Shown: positions 55,886 to 64,000 of the stretch, one piece after another
Numbering within the stretch: position 1 is the stretch's first letter
Layout of the letters: each line of letters starts with the position of its first letter
Source of the DNA: Cyanobacteria bacterium auto_48_18
GTDB lineage: Bacteria; Cyanobacteriota; Vampirovibrionia; Obscuribacterales; Obscuribacteraceae
Assembly (NCBI GenBank): GCA_036170915.1
Contig: JAVHQC010000006.1
Coordinates: 1 to 64,000 of the forward strand
Length of the DNA: 64,000 bases
Direction: 5' to 3'
Made by a program: the position numbers and the translations under genes
The notes under the pieces: generated by a model
The model's database searches: none
What the model was told of the DNA's origin: nothing
The model's input: only the letters and a program-made list of their open reading frames with translations

Positions 55886-57181
55886 TCAGATGAAGAACAG
55901 GGTTTCAAGGCCATAAATGGCCAGCAGATACGACATTTCACTTTCATACTGGCTATCGGTCAAAACTGATTTTAGTGCATCTATTGATGATGAGTTGCGA
56001 TAGCGAGCCTTCAATTGCTTTATGTGACGCAGACCATAGGGAGTGGCACTCTGATGCAAGCTCAACCGATAGCCTTCAAAGAAAAAACTGGCCGCAAAAT
56101 ATTGGGCCACCATCATTGTCAATAGCATCATGTAAGTGGTGGTGTCATGAACGGTCTGAGTAAAATAGAGAATAGTAGAGCCTACAAACAGCAAAATCAT
56201 AAAGACAATCACGCCTAAGCTATTTAAGGCGAAATTGACCACACGTAAAAAGATAGTCAGGGCAGCAATGCGAAAGTTACGCCGGGGCGCATTGCTCAAG
56301 ACTTCTGATAGATCAGTGTATAAAGGAATAAAGGCACGGGCACCGATAGCCGTTCTTGCCGCAAAAGCCGAGGCGCCGGCCACCATAAAAATTATGGCGC
56401 CGTTGAAAAAATTAGGCACCGACTGTAGTATCAACGCAATGAAGGCAAGTTGGGCCACGGCAAAGCAGATAAAATAAGTACGAGCCAATTTATGTCGATC
56501 TTTTTCTTCAAGCAAAAGGCCTTTGCGTAATAGTTCGGCCTTTAATTCTTGTTCGAAAGAATCTTTGTAGCCGCTGGCGCCAACCTCAGCAATAATGCGC
56601 ATCAGACCGGTCTTGGAAAAATATTTGCGTATATGGCGCGGATCTTTCAAAATTTCTTGAGCAGTTCCCTTGAGGGCCATTGACAGAATTCTATAGAGAA
56701 AAGGCAATCTGCGCACAAAGCCGATGGGGTCTTTCTTTATGTCCATGTTGGTGGTGCCAGTCACTGCCTGTACTTTATTTTTGCCCCAGTTGCGCAAAGA
56801 AGAAGTAATGATCGATTTTAATCGCTGTTCATAATGACTAGCTGAGGAGCCCGGCGAATCTTTCTTGGAGAGCGCCGGCACATTTGGCGCCGGTACAGGC
56901 GGCGAATCAAGATCTAGGGCTAGCTCGAGGGCAAGCTCGCCGCTGACAGTGCGCGACGTCAGAGTATGCAAATGCGTTTTGATTTCTCGATGCAGCATGT
57001 CGAAGACCAGCACTATTAGTGCAAAGCTGGTATCGCCATTCTGACTTAGATAGGCAATCTCAACCGGAGCCAGTTCTAAATCGACGGCATTGTCTGAACC
57101 ATGTTTTTGCTGGCTGTCAGACAGCGTTTTTTGCATAACAAAAAGCGTTATGCAGATAAGCAGCAATTCGACAAAATACAC
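55886..57181 (-). CDS. Hypothetical membrane protein (N-terminus TIGR04222-like)
   Basis: LAPVEIAYL motif after an N-terminal TM; four further TM helices. Confidence 0.65.
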   Translation of the reverse strand: MYFVELLLICITLFVMQKTLSDSQQKHGSDNAVDLELAPVEIAYLSQNGDTSFALIVLVFDMLHREIKTHLHTLTSRTVSGELALELALDLDSPPVPAPNVPALSKKDSPGSSASHYEQRLKSIITSSLRNWGKNKVQAVTGTTNMDIKKDPIGFVRRLPFLYRILSMALKGTAQEILKDPRHIRKYFSKTGLMRIIAEVGASGYKDSFEQELKAELLRKGLLLEEKDRHKLARTYFICFAVAQLAFIALILQSVPNFFNGAIIFMVAGASAFAARTAIGARAFIPLYTDLSEVLSNAPRRNFRIAALTIFLRVVNFALNSLGVIVFMILLFVGSTILYFTQTVHDTTTYMMLLTMMVAQYFAASFFFEGYRLSLHQSATPYGLRHIKQLKARYRNSSSIDALKSVLTDSQYESEMSYLLAIYGLETLFFI

Positions 57182-57188
57182 TAAAGTT

Positions 57189-57620
57189 TTAGCCGGCCTT
57201 GGTTAGCAGGTTGGAGCTCACCAGAGCTGGACTGGAGCTGACAATTTTTTGCCGCAAACCAATTTTGCGCATTACTTCGAGCAGGTCTTTCAAGCTGGCT
57301 TCGAGTGACAATTGTGCGTCAGATTCATAACCCAGAGGACCATCAATGCTTCTAGCATCACCCTGGTGCAAAACAATAACTGGCAAATCGTTGTGTGTTT
57401 GTTTTACTCGGCGCAGTGTTGAAAGCGCTTCGATGCCGATTGTAGAAAGACTCAATACCACCAGGTCTGCTTGGCTCTCGCGAAGCTTTTGTTCAAGCTT
57501 GCTTGTGGGTAAGGCCGTGCCCACCACTTCAAAATCTTTGTGCTGCTCGAGCCAGAGGCTGAGCGTAACCAGTGCCAGACGATCACTGTCGACTATGAAT
57601 ACTTTGGTGGGCGGGTTCAT
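57189..57620 (-). CDS. Stand-alone atypical receiver (REC) domain protein
   Basis: KVFIVDSD...FEVVG...ADLVVLSL...LPVIVL fold pattern; the phospho-acceptor Asp is absent. Confidence 0.75.
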   Translation of the reverse strand: MNPPTKVFIVDSDRLALVTLSLWLEQHKDFEVVGTALPTSKLEQKLRESQADLVVLSLSTIGIEALSTLRRVKQTHNDLPVIVLHQGDARSIDGPLGYESDAQLSLEASLKDLLEVMRKIGLRQKIVSSSPALVSSNLLTKAG

Positions 57621-57927
57621 TAGTTTTTACCTGACCTGCGCGATAAGGGTGGTCGGAGGCACTGTGGGGATAGTGACCAAATTAGAGCCTGAATCTTGAA
57701 ACTACCAGCCCATCGACTTAATGAACTCGTTTTCAAACATAAAGACAAACTGAAGATGTATGCAAGTGTATACCCTTAGCTAGCTTTTTGGAATGTAGTG
57801 AGAGCTGTCAAATGATCTCTCGGCTTGTGCTTGAAAAGGCTGAGCAGGTCAAGCATTGACCAAGCTGCCAAGAGATAAGATGGAAGAAACTTAATCACCC
57901 TTAGATATGCTTTGGCACTCAATCAAG

Positions 57928-58863
57928 CTAGTCAAGAAACTCTAAAGAGAGATCGATATTTTTTGCAGAATGAGTCAGGGCGCCAGTTGAGATGGCATCA
58001 ACGCCTTTTATTAAATACGATTCGAGGTTGGTCAAATTTACGCCGCCAGAAACTTCGACAAAACATTTGCTATCTCTACTAGATATCTGTTGGATTGCTT
58101 GACGCACCATATCAGGTGTCATGTTATCAAGCAGAACCCTTCCGACACCCAGATCCTGAGCGCTTTTCAATTCGGAAAGATTGCTTACTTCCACTTCCAG
58201 AATCTGACTCATCTTTATATGTGGATGCTTTTGCAAATATTTTTGAGCAGCGCCAGCCGCTTCTTTAACGCCTCCGGCAATTTTTATATGGTTGTCTTTA
58301 ATCAAAATGGCATCAAAAAGACCGAAGCGGTGGTTGGTTCCGCCACCGGCCCGCACGCCGTAGCGCTCAAGCACCCGCAGACCTGGTGTGGTTTTTCTCG
58401 TGTCAAGAATGGCTATACCGGCCGGTTGGGCTAATTGTGTATATAGTCTCGTCTGGGTAGCAATGCCCGAAAGCCTTTGCATAATGTTCAGCGCCAGTCT
58501 CTCACCTTTGAGAATGGCTTGAGCCGGGCCTTCCAGTCGCGCCACAGCGGTTGGCACGTGAGCTTGGTCAAAATAGACACCATCTTCCGTCAATAATTCG
58601 ATATTGACCTCAGCGCTCAGCTTTGCCATCACCTTCGCCAGGAACGGCAGACCAGCGATGACACCTGGTTCCTTGATCAAGATTTCGGCGCGAGTACGCA
58701 GGGTTGGGTCAACTGTGGCCGCTGTAGTCAAATCAAAGGGTTGGTCGTCACTTTCTTCAGTAGCGCCAAAATCTTCTAAGAACGCTAAATTCAGTAGCTT
58801 TTCCAGCAGCTCTTCTTGTAGTTCGCTGGTGACTTTCTGAGAAATTAAGCTTGAACTTGACAT
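57928..58863 (-). CDS. nadC: Quinolinate phosphoribosyltransferase
   Basis: DTRKTTPGLR, NHRFGL.D, IKDNH, LLDNM and SGG motifs. Confidence 0.96.
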   Translation of the reverse strand: MSSSSLISQKVTSELQEELLEKLLNLAFLEDFGATEESDDQPFDLTTAATVDPTLRTRAEILIKEPGVIAGLPFLAKVMAKLSAEVNIELLTEDGVYFDQAHVPTAVARLEGPAQAILKGERLALNIMQRLSGIATQTRLYTQLAQPAGIAILDTRKTTPGLRVLERYGVRAGGGTNHRFGLFDAILIKDNHIKIAGGVKEAAGAAQKYLQKHPHIKMSQILEVEVSNLSELKSAQDLGVGRVLLDNMTPDMVRQAIQQISSRDSKCFVEVSGGVNLTNLESYLIKGVDAISTGALTHSAKNIDLSLEFLD

Positions 58864-58969
58864 ATTCTTGCGATCACCTTTGAAATCAGTTGAGAGTGCG
58901 TTAATATTATAGTTCCCGAAAGTGGGGTGATGACGGGTCGGCTGGCAGCAGCCTATCCATGGAGTTTAT

Positions 58970-59269
58970 ATGAAGAGGGGAAAAACTGTAGTCTTCGAAT
59001 TAAAGCTAACTACTGTGGTGGCTTTGGTCGTCGTCGAGTTTTTAATTCTGGCTTGCTTGGCTTCCGTTGCTACAAATTCACAAATCTACAGTAGTTTGCA
59101 GCGTAGTCGCGATGCCTTGTTAGACCAGAGGCACTATCTTCAGGCAGAAGCAGACAGGCTTACAGTCAGAATCAATGCACTGCATGTTTCGCTCGATACG
59201 GTCAACGGTTATCTGCGAGACAACGATCGCGCTTTGCGCGATGTTGAAACCGCCATGAAACGACAATAA
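58970..59269 (+). CDS. Small bitopic coiled-coil protein
   Basis: SD GGAG; one TM followed by a heptad helix. Confidence 0.7.
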   Translation: MKRGKTVVFELKLTTVVALVVVEFLILACLASVATNSQIYSSLQRSRDALLDQRHYLQAEADRLTVRINALHVSLDTVNGYLRDNDRALRDVETAMKRQ

Positions 59270-59283
59270 ACCAGGAGAATCAA

Positions 59284-59835
59284 ATGATCTCTATTATCAC
59301 CAGACAGATTTCTTGCGTTAGCCTCGGCGCTCTGGCTGCTATTTTCTTTTCACTGGCGGCCACTCCGCCTGCTCTGGCTGAACATGTCGAAACACAAGTG
59401 CACTGCATTGAACCGCACGCAGCTTGCAGTGAAGCACAGAAAGTGATTGATACTTTGCACGAAATGGCGAAGGCAATCAATCGCGGTGATTTTGAACATT
59501 TCTCTGAATATTTCGATGAAAACGTCACCACTTTTGACGACATCACAAAAAAATTGTTGGTAGGAAAAAAAGCGGTAGTGGCGAGAATTAAAGAGCGCTA
59601 CGAAAACTCAGTGCGCGATTCTGAAAGTCATGCTGTTTCTTACACCATTTTTCAACCTTATGCCAAAGTGCATGATGGTGGTAAAACTGCCTCTGTTACT
59701 TGCATTTTGCGTAAAGTAGTGGGCGGCAAGCATCCTGTGGTTTTTGAATCACACGACTCTAAAGTATTCGTCAAAGAAGGCGATCAGTGGAAAGAATTGC
59801 ATAGCCAGGGCCAGTGGAAGAAGATTTCTTCTTAG
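59284..59835 (+). CDS. Exported NTF2/SnoaL-like protein
   Basis: Signal peptide ALA|E; AINRGDFE...YFDENVT and VFVKEGDQWK..H pattern. Confidence 0.8.
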   Translation: MISIITRQISCVSLGALAAIFFSLAATPPALAEHVETQVHCIEPHAACSEAQKVIDTLHEMAKAINRGDFEHFSEYFDENVTTFDDITKKLLVGKKAVVARIKERYENSVRDSESHAVSYTIFQPYAKVHDGGKTASVTCILRKVVGGKHPVVFESHDSKVFVKEGDQWKELHSQGQWKKISS

Positions 59836-59849
59836 CGATTTTGTTCAGG

Positions 59850-60392
59850 TCAAATCAAAATTAAATTGGTAGCCAGGTCAACAGCACTGTCGAGATCGGC
59901 AAAGAGCGTCTCGGGCACCAGATTGTCTATTTGAAAACGCGAACCTAATCGCAGCACGAGGGTCAGCAGTGCTGCTTGAATGATGGCACCATGATCGAAG
60001 GCCAGGGCCGGCAGTTCGGCCACATTGAAAAAAGCCACGGTGCGAGCATCAGACGCAGCAGAGGCGGTAGCAGCTTCGGCTTCTGATATGACGGCCACGT
60101 AAGCGGCTGTAATTGTACGGCCTCGTGGATCACGGCCGATGTCGCCGAAGCTGCCGCAGGAAAAAAATCTAGATTGAGGCAGGCTAATACTTGTTTCTTC
60201 GGCCAGCTCTCGACCTGTAGCTTGCTCAAGGCTGATGTCATCTTCATCGAGAAAACCACCCGGAAGCGCCCACGAACCCTGGCATGGTGGATTGAGGCGC
60301 TCAACCAGTAACACCTGCAGGCAGTGACGTTGGTATTTAAAGACCACGGCGTCTACAGTTACTCTGGCGGCAGCTATTTTACTTTCGCTCAT
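59850..60392 (-). CDS. Nudix hydrolase (NrtR/ADP-ribose type)
   Basis: VTVDAVVF, WALPGGF, RELAEET, RDPRGR and LAFDH motifs. Confidence 0.9.
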   Translation of the reverse strand: MSESKIAAARVTVDAVVFKYQRHCLQVLLVERLNPPCQGSWALPGGFLDEDDISLEQATGRELAEETSISLPQSRFFSCGSFGDIGRDPRGRTITAAYVAVISEAEAATASAASDARTVAFFNVAELPALAFDHGAIIQAALLTLVLRLGSRFQIDNLVPETLFADLDSAVDLATNLILI

Positions 60393-61348
60393 TTTTGCTT
60401 GCTTTCACTGTCTTCTAAAACGAACTTGAGACCCTGTAAATAATAACCGGCCGGAGGGACGCCGTGCTTTTCCGGTACTGCTATAAAAGTGGTAGGCAAG
60501 TTATGGCCTTGCAACTTTTGCTCCAGTTCTTTTTGAAAGGCAGGAGGAATAATAGTGTCTTCGCTGGCTGATATGAGAGCAAAGCGCGTGCCTGGCTTGA
60601 CCCGGTTTAAATTGGTATTGATGCTGCGTTCCTGATAGAGAGCTGGAGTGGCTTCAGCAGTGCCGCCCAGCCCTTCCACCATACCTGCTTGCACTAGACT
60701 GGAGGGAGTTTTGTGATAGAGCTCGGCCCAATCACCAGCCCCTTCGCTTGAAACTACGCCCACGATTTTTTCTTTGATATCGTCAGCAGCCAAATAACTG
60801 TAAGCCAGTGAAGAACAGCCTCCCATTGATGTGCCCATCAAAACTATTTTTGCCACCGGATAACGCATCATCAGTTCATGAATGTTCTGGTCGATATCAG
60901 AAATGGCACTGGGGTTTGCCCAGGAACAGTTGGCGCGATAGCTCGGTGAAAGAACGATTAAACCCGGATATTGGCCTTGCAGAGTTTGAACAATGGGCGC
61001 CCTTTTTGGTTCAATAAATGGCTCAAGTGAAGTCGCGCGCATGCCGTGCAGATAAACAAGCAAAGTAAGTTCTTTGCTGCCATCTAACACCAGTGGCGCC
61101 GCCACGGTATATGAACCCAGCACACCATCCAGGCGAGAGACAAAATTCTGATTCTCCAAGCCAAAGGCTTTAGCTTCGTTGCCGACGGAACGCAAAGCCG
61201 CCATATTGGTAACCATTACCGCGCGTTCTTTCTGCAATTTCTGCACTTTGCTTGACTGCTTGAGAAAAAGCACGAAAAACACCACTCCGGCGCAGTCGAA
61301 AAGTAGCGCCACGACCAGCAACAAGGTGAGAAGTGCTCGATTATTCAT
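60389..61348 (-). CDS. Membrane-anchored alpha/beta hydrolase
   Basis: YLHG, GTSMGG nucleophile elbow, EDT and KHG triad positions. Confidence 0.85.
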   Translation of the reverse strand: MNNRALLTLLLVVALLFDCAGVVFFVLFLKQSSKVQKLQKERAVMVTNMAALRSVGNEAKAFGLENQNFVSRLDGVLGSYTVAAPLVLDGSKELTLLVYLHGMRATSLEPFIEPKRAPIVQTLQGQYPGLIVLSPSYRANCSWANPSAISDIDQNIHELMMRYPVAKIVLMGTSMGGCSSLAYSYLAADDIKEKIVGVVSSEGAGDWAELYHKTPSSLVQAGMVEGLGGTAEATPALYQERSINTNLNRVKPGTRFALISASEDTIIPPAFQKELEQKLQGHNLPTTFIAVPEKHGVPPAGYYLQGLKFVLEDSESKQK

Positions 61349-61434
61349 AGCCCCGGCTACCCTATATTGTCGGCCGGCGAGTGGCAGACCTTTACCTGTG
61401 AAGCTTAGCAGAGTAAGATGCTTTTGTTGAAACA

Positions 61435-62175
61435 GTGAATAGTATTGCCATGCGCGCCTTCGCTTTGCCTAACAGTTTCTGCCGATCGTCTTGCTTGCTC
61501 ATTTTGAGTTTGCTCTCGTCAACTATTTTCATCGCACCTTTGAATGCACAAGCACCAGTGCGTCCGAAGTCTGTTGATACCGCCCGAGAGTTGAACATGA
61601 AAGGCATTGAGCTGCAATCGACAGGGAAGCTAAAAGAGGCGGTGGAGTGTTATCGCCGCGCCATTCAGATTAATGCCTCCGCAGCGGGCTATCATAATAA
61701 TCTGGCTCTAGCATTGAAAGATCTTGGTGAATTGACCAGCGCAGAAAGCGAAGCCCGGATCGCTTTAAAATTGAGACCTAAGCGGGCTGATTATTTTTAT
61801 AATTTGGGCATTATCTTGCAGAGGCAAAAACGCCTCAGTGAAGCGGAGGCAGCATTCAGGCAGGCTCTCGAAATTGATTCGGCAGACACTGATTGCCATT
61901 TTCGCCTGGCACAAGTTTTGCTTGCCGCCTCTGGTGAGTCTCAATCGCTAGAGCCAGCTGAGCAGGAAATTAAATTGGCAATTTTGCTGAAGCCCGACCG
62001 TGCCGAATATTGCGAATTGCTTGGTGACATTTACATGAAAGAAAAAAAGTTTGACGATGCTTTTATTCAATACAAAGCGGTTGTGGAAATAAAAGGTTTT
62101 ACTGCTGCCACCATCCCTGGTGAACTGAAAGCCAAAATTGATTTTATCAAGGCCGCTCTAAAGCCTGCTGATTGA
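61435..62175 (+). CDS. Exported TPR protein
   Basis: Signal peptide and canonical TPRs (EAVECYRRAIQI; YNLGIIL). Confidence 0.88.
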   Translation: MNSIAMRAFALPNSFCRSSCLLILSLLSSTIFIAPLNAQAPVRPKSVDTARELNMKGIELQSTGKLKEAVECYRRAIQINASAAGYHNNLALALKDLGELTSAESEARIALKLRPKRADYFYNLGIILQRQKRLSEAEAAFRQALEIDSADTDCHFRLAQVLLAASGESQSLEPAEQEIKLAILLKPDRAEYCELLGDIYMKEKKFDDAFIQYKAVVEIKGFTAATIPGELKAKIDFIKAALKPAD

Positions 62176-62202
62176 TTGCTCTCTATAAGGACAACGTAAA
62201 CT

Positions 62203-63399
62203 GTGCCGGAAAACGACAAACTTATAGACCTCCAGCGCAAACTGGTCATCGCTGTCCTTTCGGTCATTCTTTTTGGTGTGGTCTCTGTTTCTGCCTTTTA
62301 TTTTCTCGATATTATTCGCATTCTAGGTATATCGATTTTACTTTCTTATCTCTTCATCAGCTTGGTTGACTGGTTTGAGAAGTATTTGAAGAATCGCTCG
62401 GTGGCCATTTTTATTGTTTACAGTATTGTAGCTGTCGTCTTGGCAATTTTGATGCTGACGGTGGTGCCATCGCTGGTGGTGCAGCTGAATCAGCTCGTAG
62501 AATCTGTATTTCATGAGTTGCCGCGCACTATCGAGAGTTTTGGTCGCTCTCTGGCTCCCTTTGATCAAAGGTTGCATGCGGCCCAAATCCAGCTTCGCGC
62601 CATCGATTTGCTGACCTCGATCGCCCAGAATGTGCCCAAGCCTGATACATCTATGATTTTTTCGCGAGTGGGCGAAGTGGCTATGTCGACTATGACCTGG
62701 TTACTTTACGCACTGAGTATTCTGGTTGTGTCTTTCTACTTTATGCTCGACGGCTATCGCATGACCGGTTGGGTGATTTCTACTTTCCCCAAGCGTTATC
62801 ACAGCAAGCTTACGGCTATGACTGCCGAAATTGACGTCAGTCTGCAGGCCTTTTTCCGCGGCCAGCTGGTATTGGGCCTCTTTTTTGGCCTGGTGATGCT
62901 GGTTGTTTATGTAGTCATCGGTGTGCCATTCGCCCTGGTGCTGAGCGCACTGCTTGCCATATGGGAAGTGGTGCCTGTTATTGGACCACCGATTGGTTTC
63001 CTTCCGGCCCTAATTGTGGTGGCTTTGAACGGCCTAGACAATGTGCCGCTCAATCGTTTTGGCCAGGTGGCAGTGCTGATTCTGGTTTTCAATGTTTTTC
63101 AGTGGCTCAAAGACAATCTTGTAGCGCCACGCTACATCGGCAATAAAATTGGTTTGCATCCGGTGGTAATTTTTATCGCCATTATGATTGGCGCCAGAAT
63201 CGACGGTATGTTGGGAATTATTTTCGCCATTCCGGTGGCAAGCGCCTTAAACGTCGCCTATCGTCATCTGCTCGAAGACAATAAAGGAGAGACACTAGCT
63301 GAGGCTGAAGTCAAAGCGGAAGTTCTCTCAGAAAAAGTAGAAGACAAATTAGAGCTGAAGATTGCCAGTATTGACGAAGCACCAGGTACGGTGCTCTAA
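62203..63399 (+). CDS. AI-2E family transporter
   Basis: FYFMLDG, FFRGQL, VPVIGP, GLHP and FAIPVA motifs. Confidence 0.92.
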   Translation: MPENDKLIDLQRKLVIAVLSVILFGVVSVSAFYFLDIIRILGISILLSYLFISLVDWFEKYLKNRSVAIFIVYSIVAVVLAILMLTVVPSLVVQLNQLVESVFHELPRTIESFGRSLAPFDQRLHAAQIQLRAIDLLTSIAQNVPKPDTSMIFSRVGEVAMSTMTWLLYALSILVVSFYFMLDGYRMTGWVISTFPKRYHSKLTAMTAEIDVSLQAFFRGQLVLGLFFGLVMLVVYVVIGVPFALVLSALLAIWEVVPVIGPPIGFLPALIVVALNGLDNVPLNRFGQVAVLILVFNVFQWLKDNLVAPRYIGNKIGLHPVVIFIAIMIGARIDGMLGIIFAIPVASALNVAYRHLLEDNKGETLAEAEVKAEVLSEKVEDKLELKIASIDEAPGTVL

Positions 63400-63471
63400 C
63401 TTCTTACACAGGGCTGGAACCGAACCTGAAAAACTAAGCCTGAGATCTTAAACTTGAGATCTGAAACTGGC

Positions 63472-63678
63472 CTACTTGGCTTTTTGACCCTGCTCGAATT
63501 TTTTCTGGTTCTTGATGGCTTCAGTCTTTTGCTTCTTGGCCATTTCGTCTGGTGTGAGAAGCTCGCCTGTGCCGCCCAGATCTCTAGAAAGACTGTTAAA
63601 GATTGTGTTTTGGAGCACGATGCCAAGGATAACGCATATCGCCAGGCCTAACAGAATTAACTTGGTATTGTTTGACAT
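63472..63678 (-). CDS. Small membrane-anchored protein (68 aa)
   Basis: ATG preceded by AGGA; N-terminal TM and Lys/Gln-rich tail. Confidence 0.55.
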   Translation of the reverse strand: MSNNTKLILLGLAICVILGIVLQNTIFNSLSRDLGGTGELLTPDEMAKKQKTEAIKNQKKFEQGQKAK

Positions 63679-64000
63679 CCGCCGTTCCTGCCGTAGTGTT
63701 GAACCTAATCTGATTTCCTAAACGTTCCCCGCAATTATATGAGCATAACGAACTGGCTGCATAGGTCTGAGGCTGATAAATCATCAAATAGTGCCTGGTT
63801 GGCCTCAAGTTAGATATTTCGCTTTGTAAGTCAATCCACGCGAGCTCTTTCCAAGTGGTTTAGATGCTAATCATACAAGGGTATGATAGCTATCGTTCAG
63901 GGCGGCTGGGTGAGCTCGGCATTGCACTTGGATTTTCCCAAATTGAAAGGGCTGCACAAAGTGAATAATTCACAGGCTTTCGCCAACACTAGTCCAGGTC

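Noticed and set aside
58970..59269. FtsL/DivIC assignment
   Set aside because: The topology fits, but there is no division-gene context or diagnostic motif.
63961..64000. Possible CDS start (GTG after GAAAGGG) at the right edge
   Set aside because: Only 13 codons are visible, which is too little to support a call.

Overview
Gene-dense 64 kb bacterial chromosomal segment. I could recognise no rRNA, tRNA, CRISPR array or intact transposase. The gene content (dispersed Tad/Flp pseudopilins, Hanks-type Ser/Thr kinases, many TPR proteins, korAB, ppdK with its regulator, ctpA, FIST) resembles non-photosynthetic Cyanobacteriota (Vampirovibrionia/Melainabacteria); this is an inference, not a measurement. 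Most of the window is housekeeping or metabolic: trmJ, acyl-CoA ligase, htpX, fumC, korAB, guaD, hpt, an M16 peptidase pair, mtnP, ctpA, ppdK and nadC. The most notable signals are: (1) a 348-aa protein at 39505-40551 with the Zn-ribbon, HTH and C-terminal motif of an IS1595 transposase but a DprA-type winged helix where the DDE core should be, followed by a 316-bp spacer holding three phased CGATATCG palindromes; (2) a TadE/TadG/TadE pseudopilin cluster whose left-edge gene, missed by the ORF track, ends in (Gly-Pro-X)n repeats; (3) a stand-alone VirB2/TrbC-like pilin behind a long structured leader; (4) a tandem pair of partner-less ABC-type ATPases; (5) an SdpA/SdpB-like pair with no visible toxin precursor; (6) several apparent pseudo-enzymes (TPP enzyme, HtpX-like, BioD-like, receiver domain). 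All family assignments come from motif recognition by eye; no database search was run.
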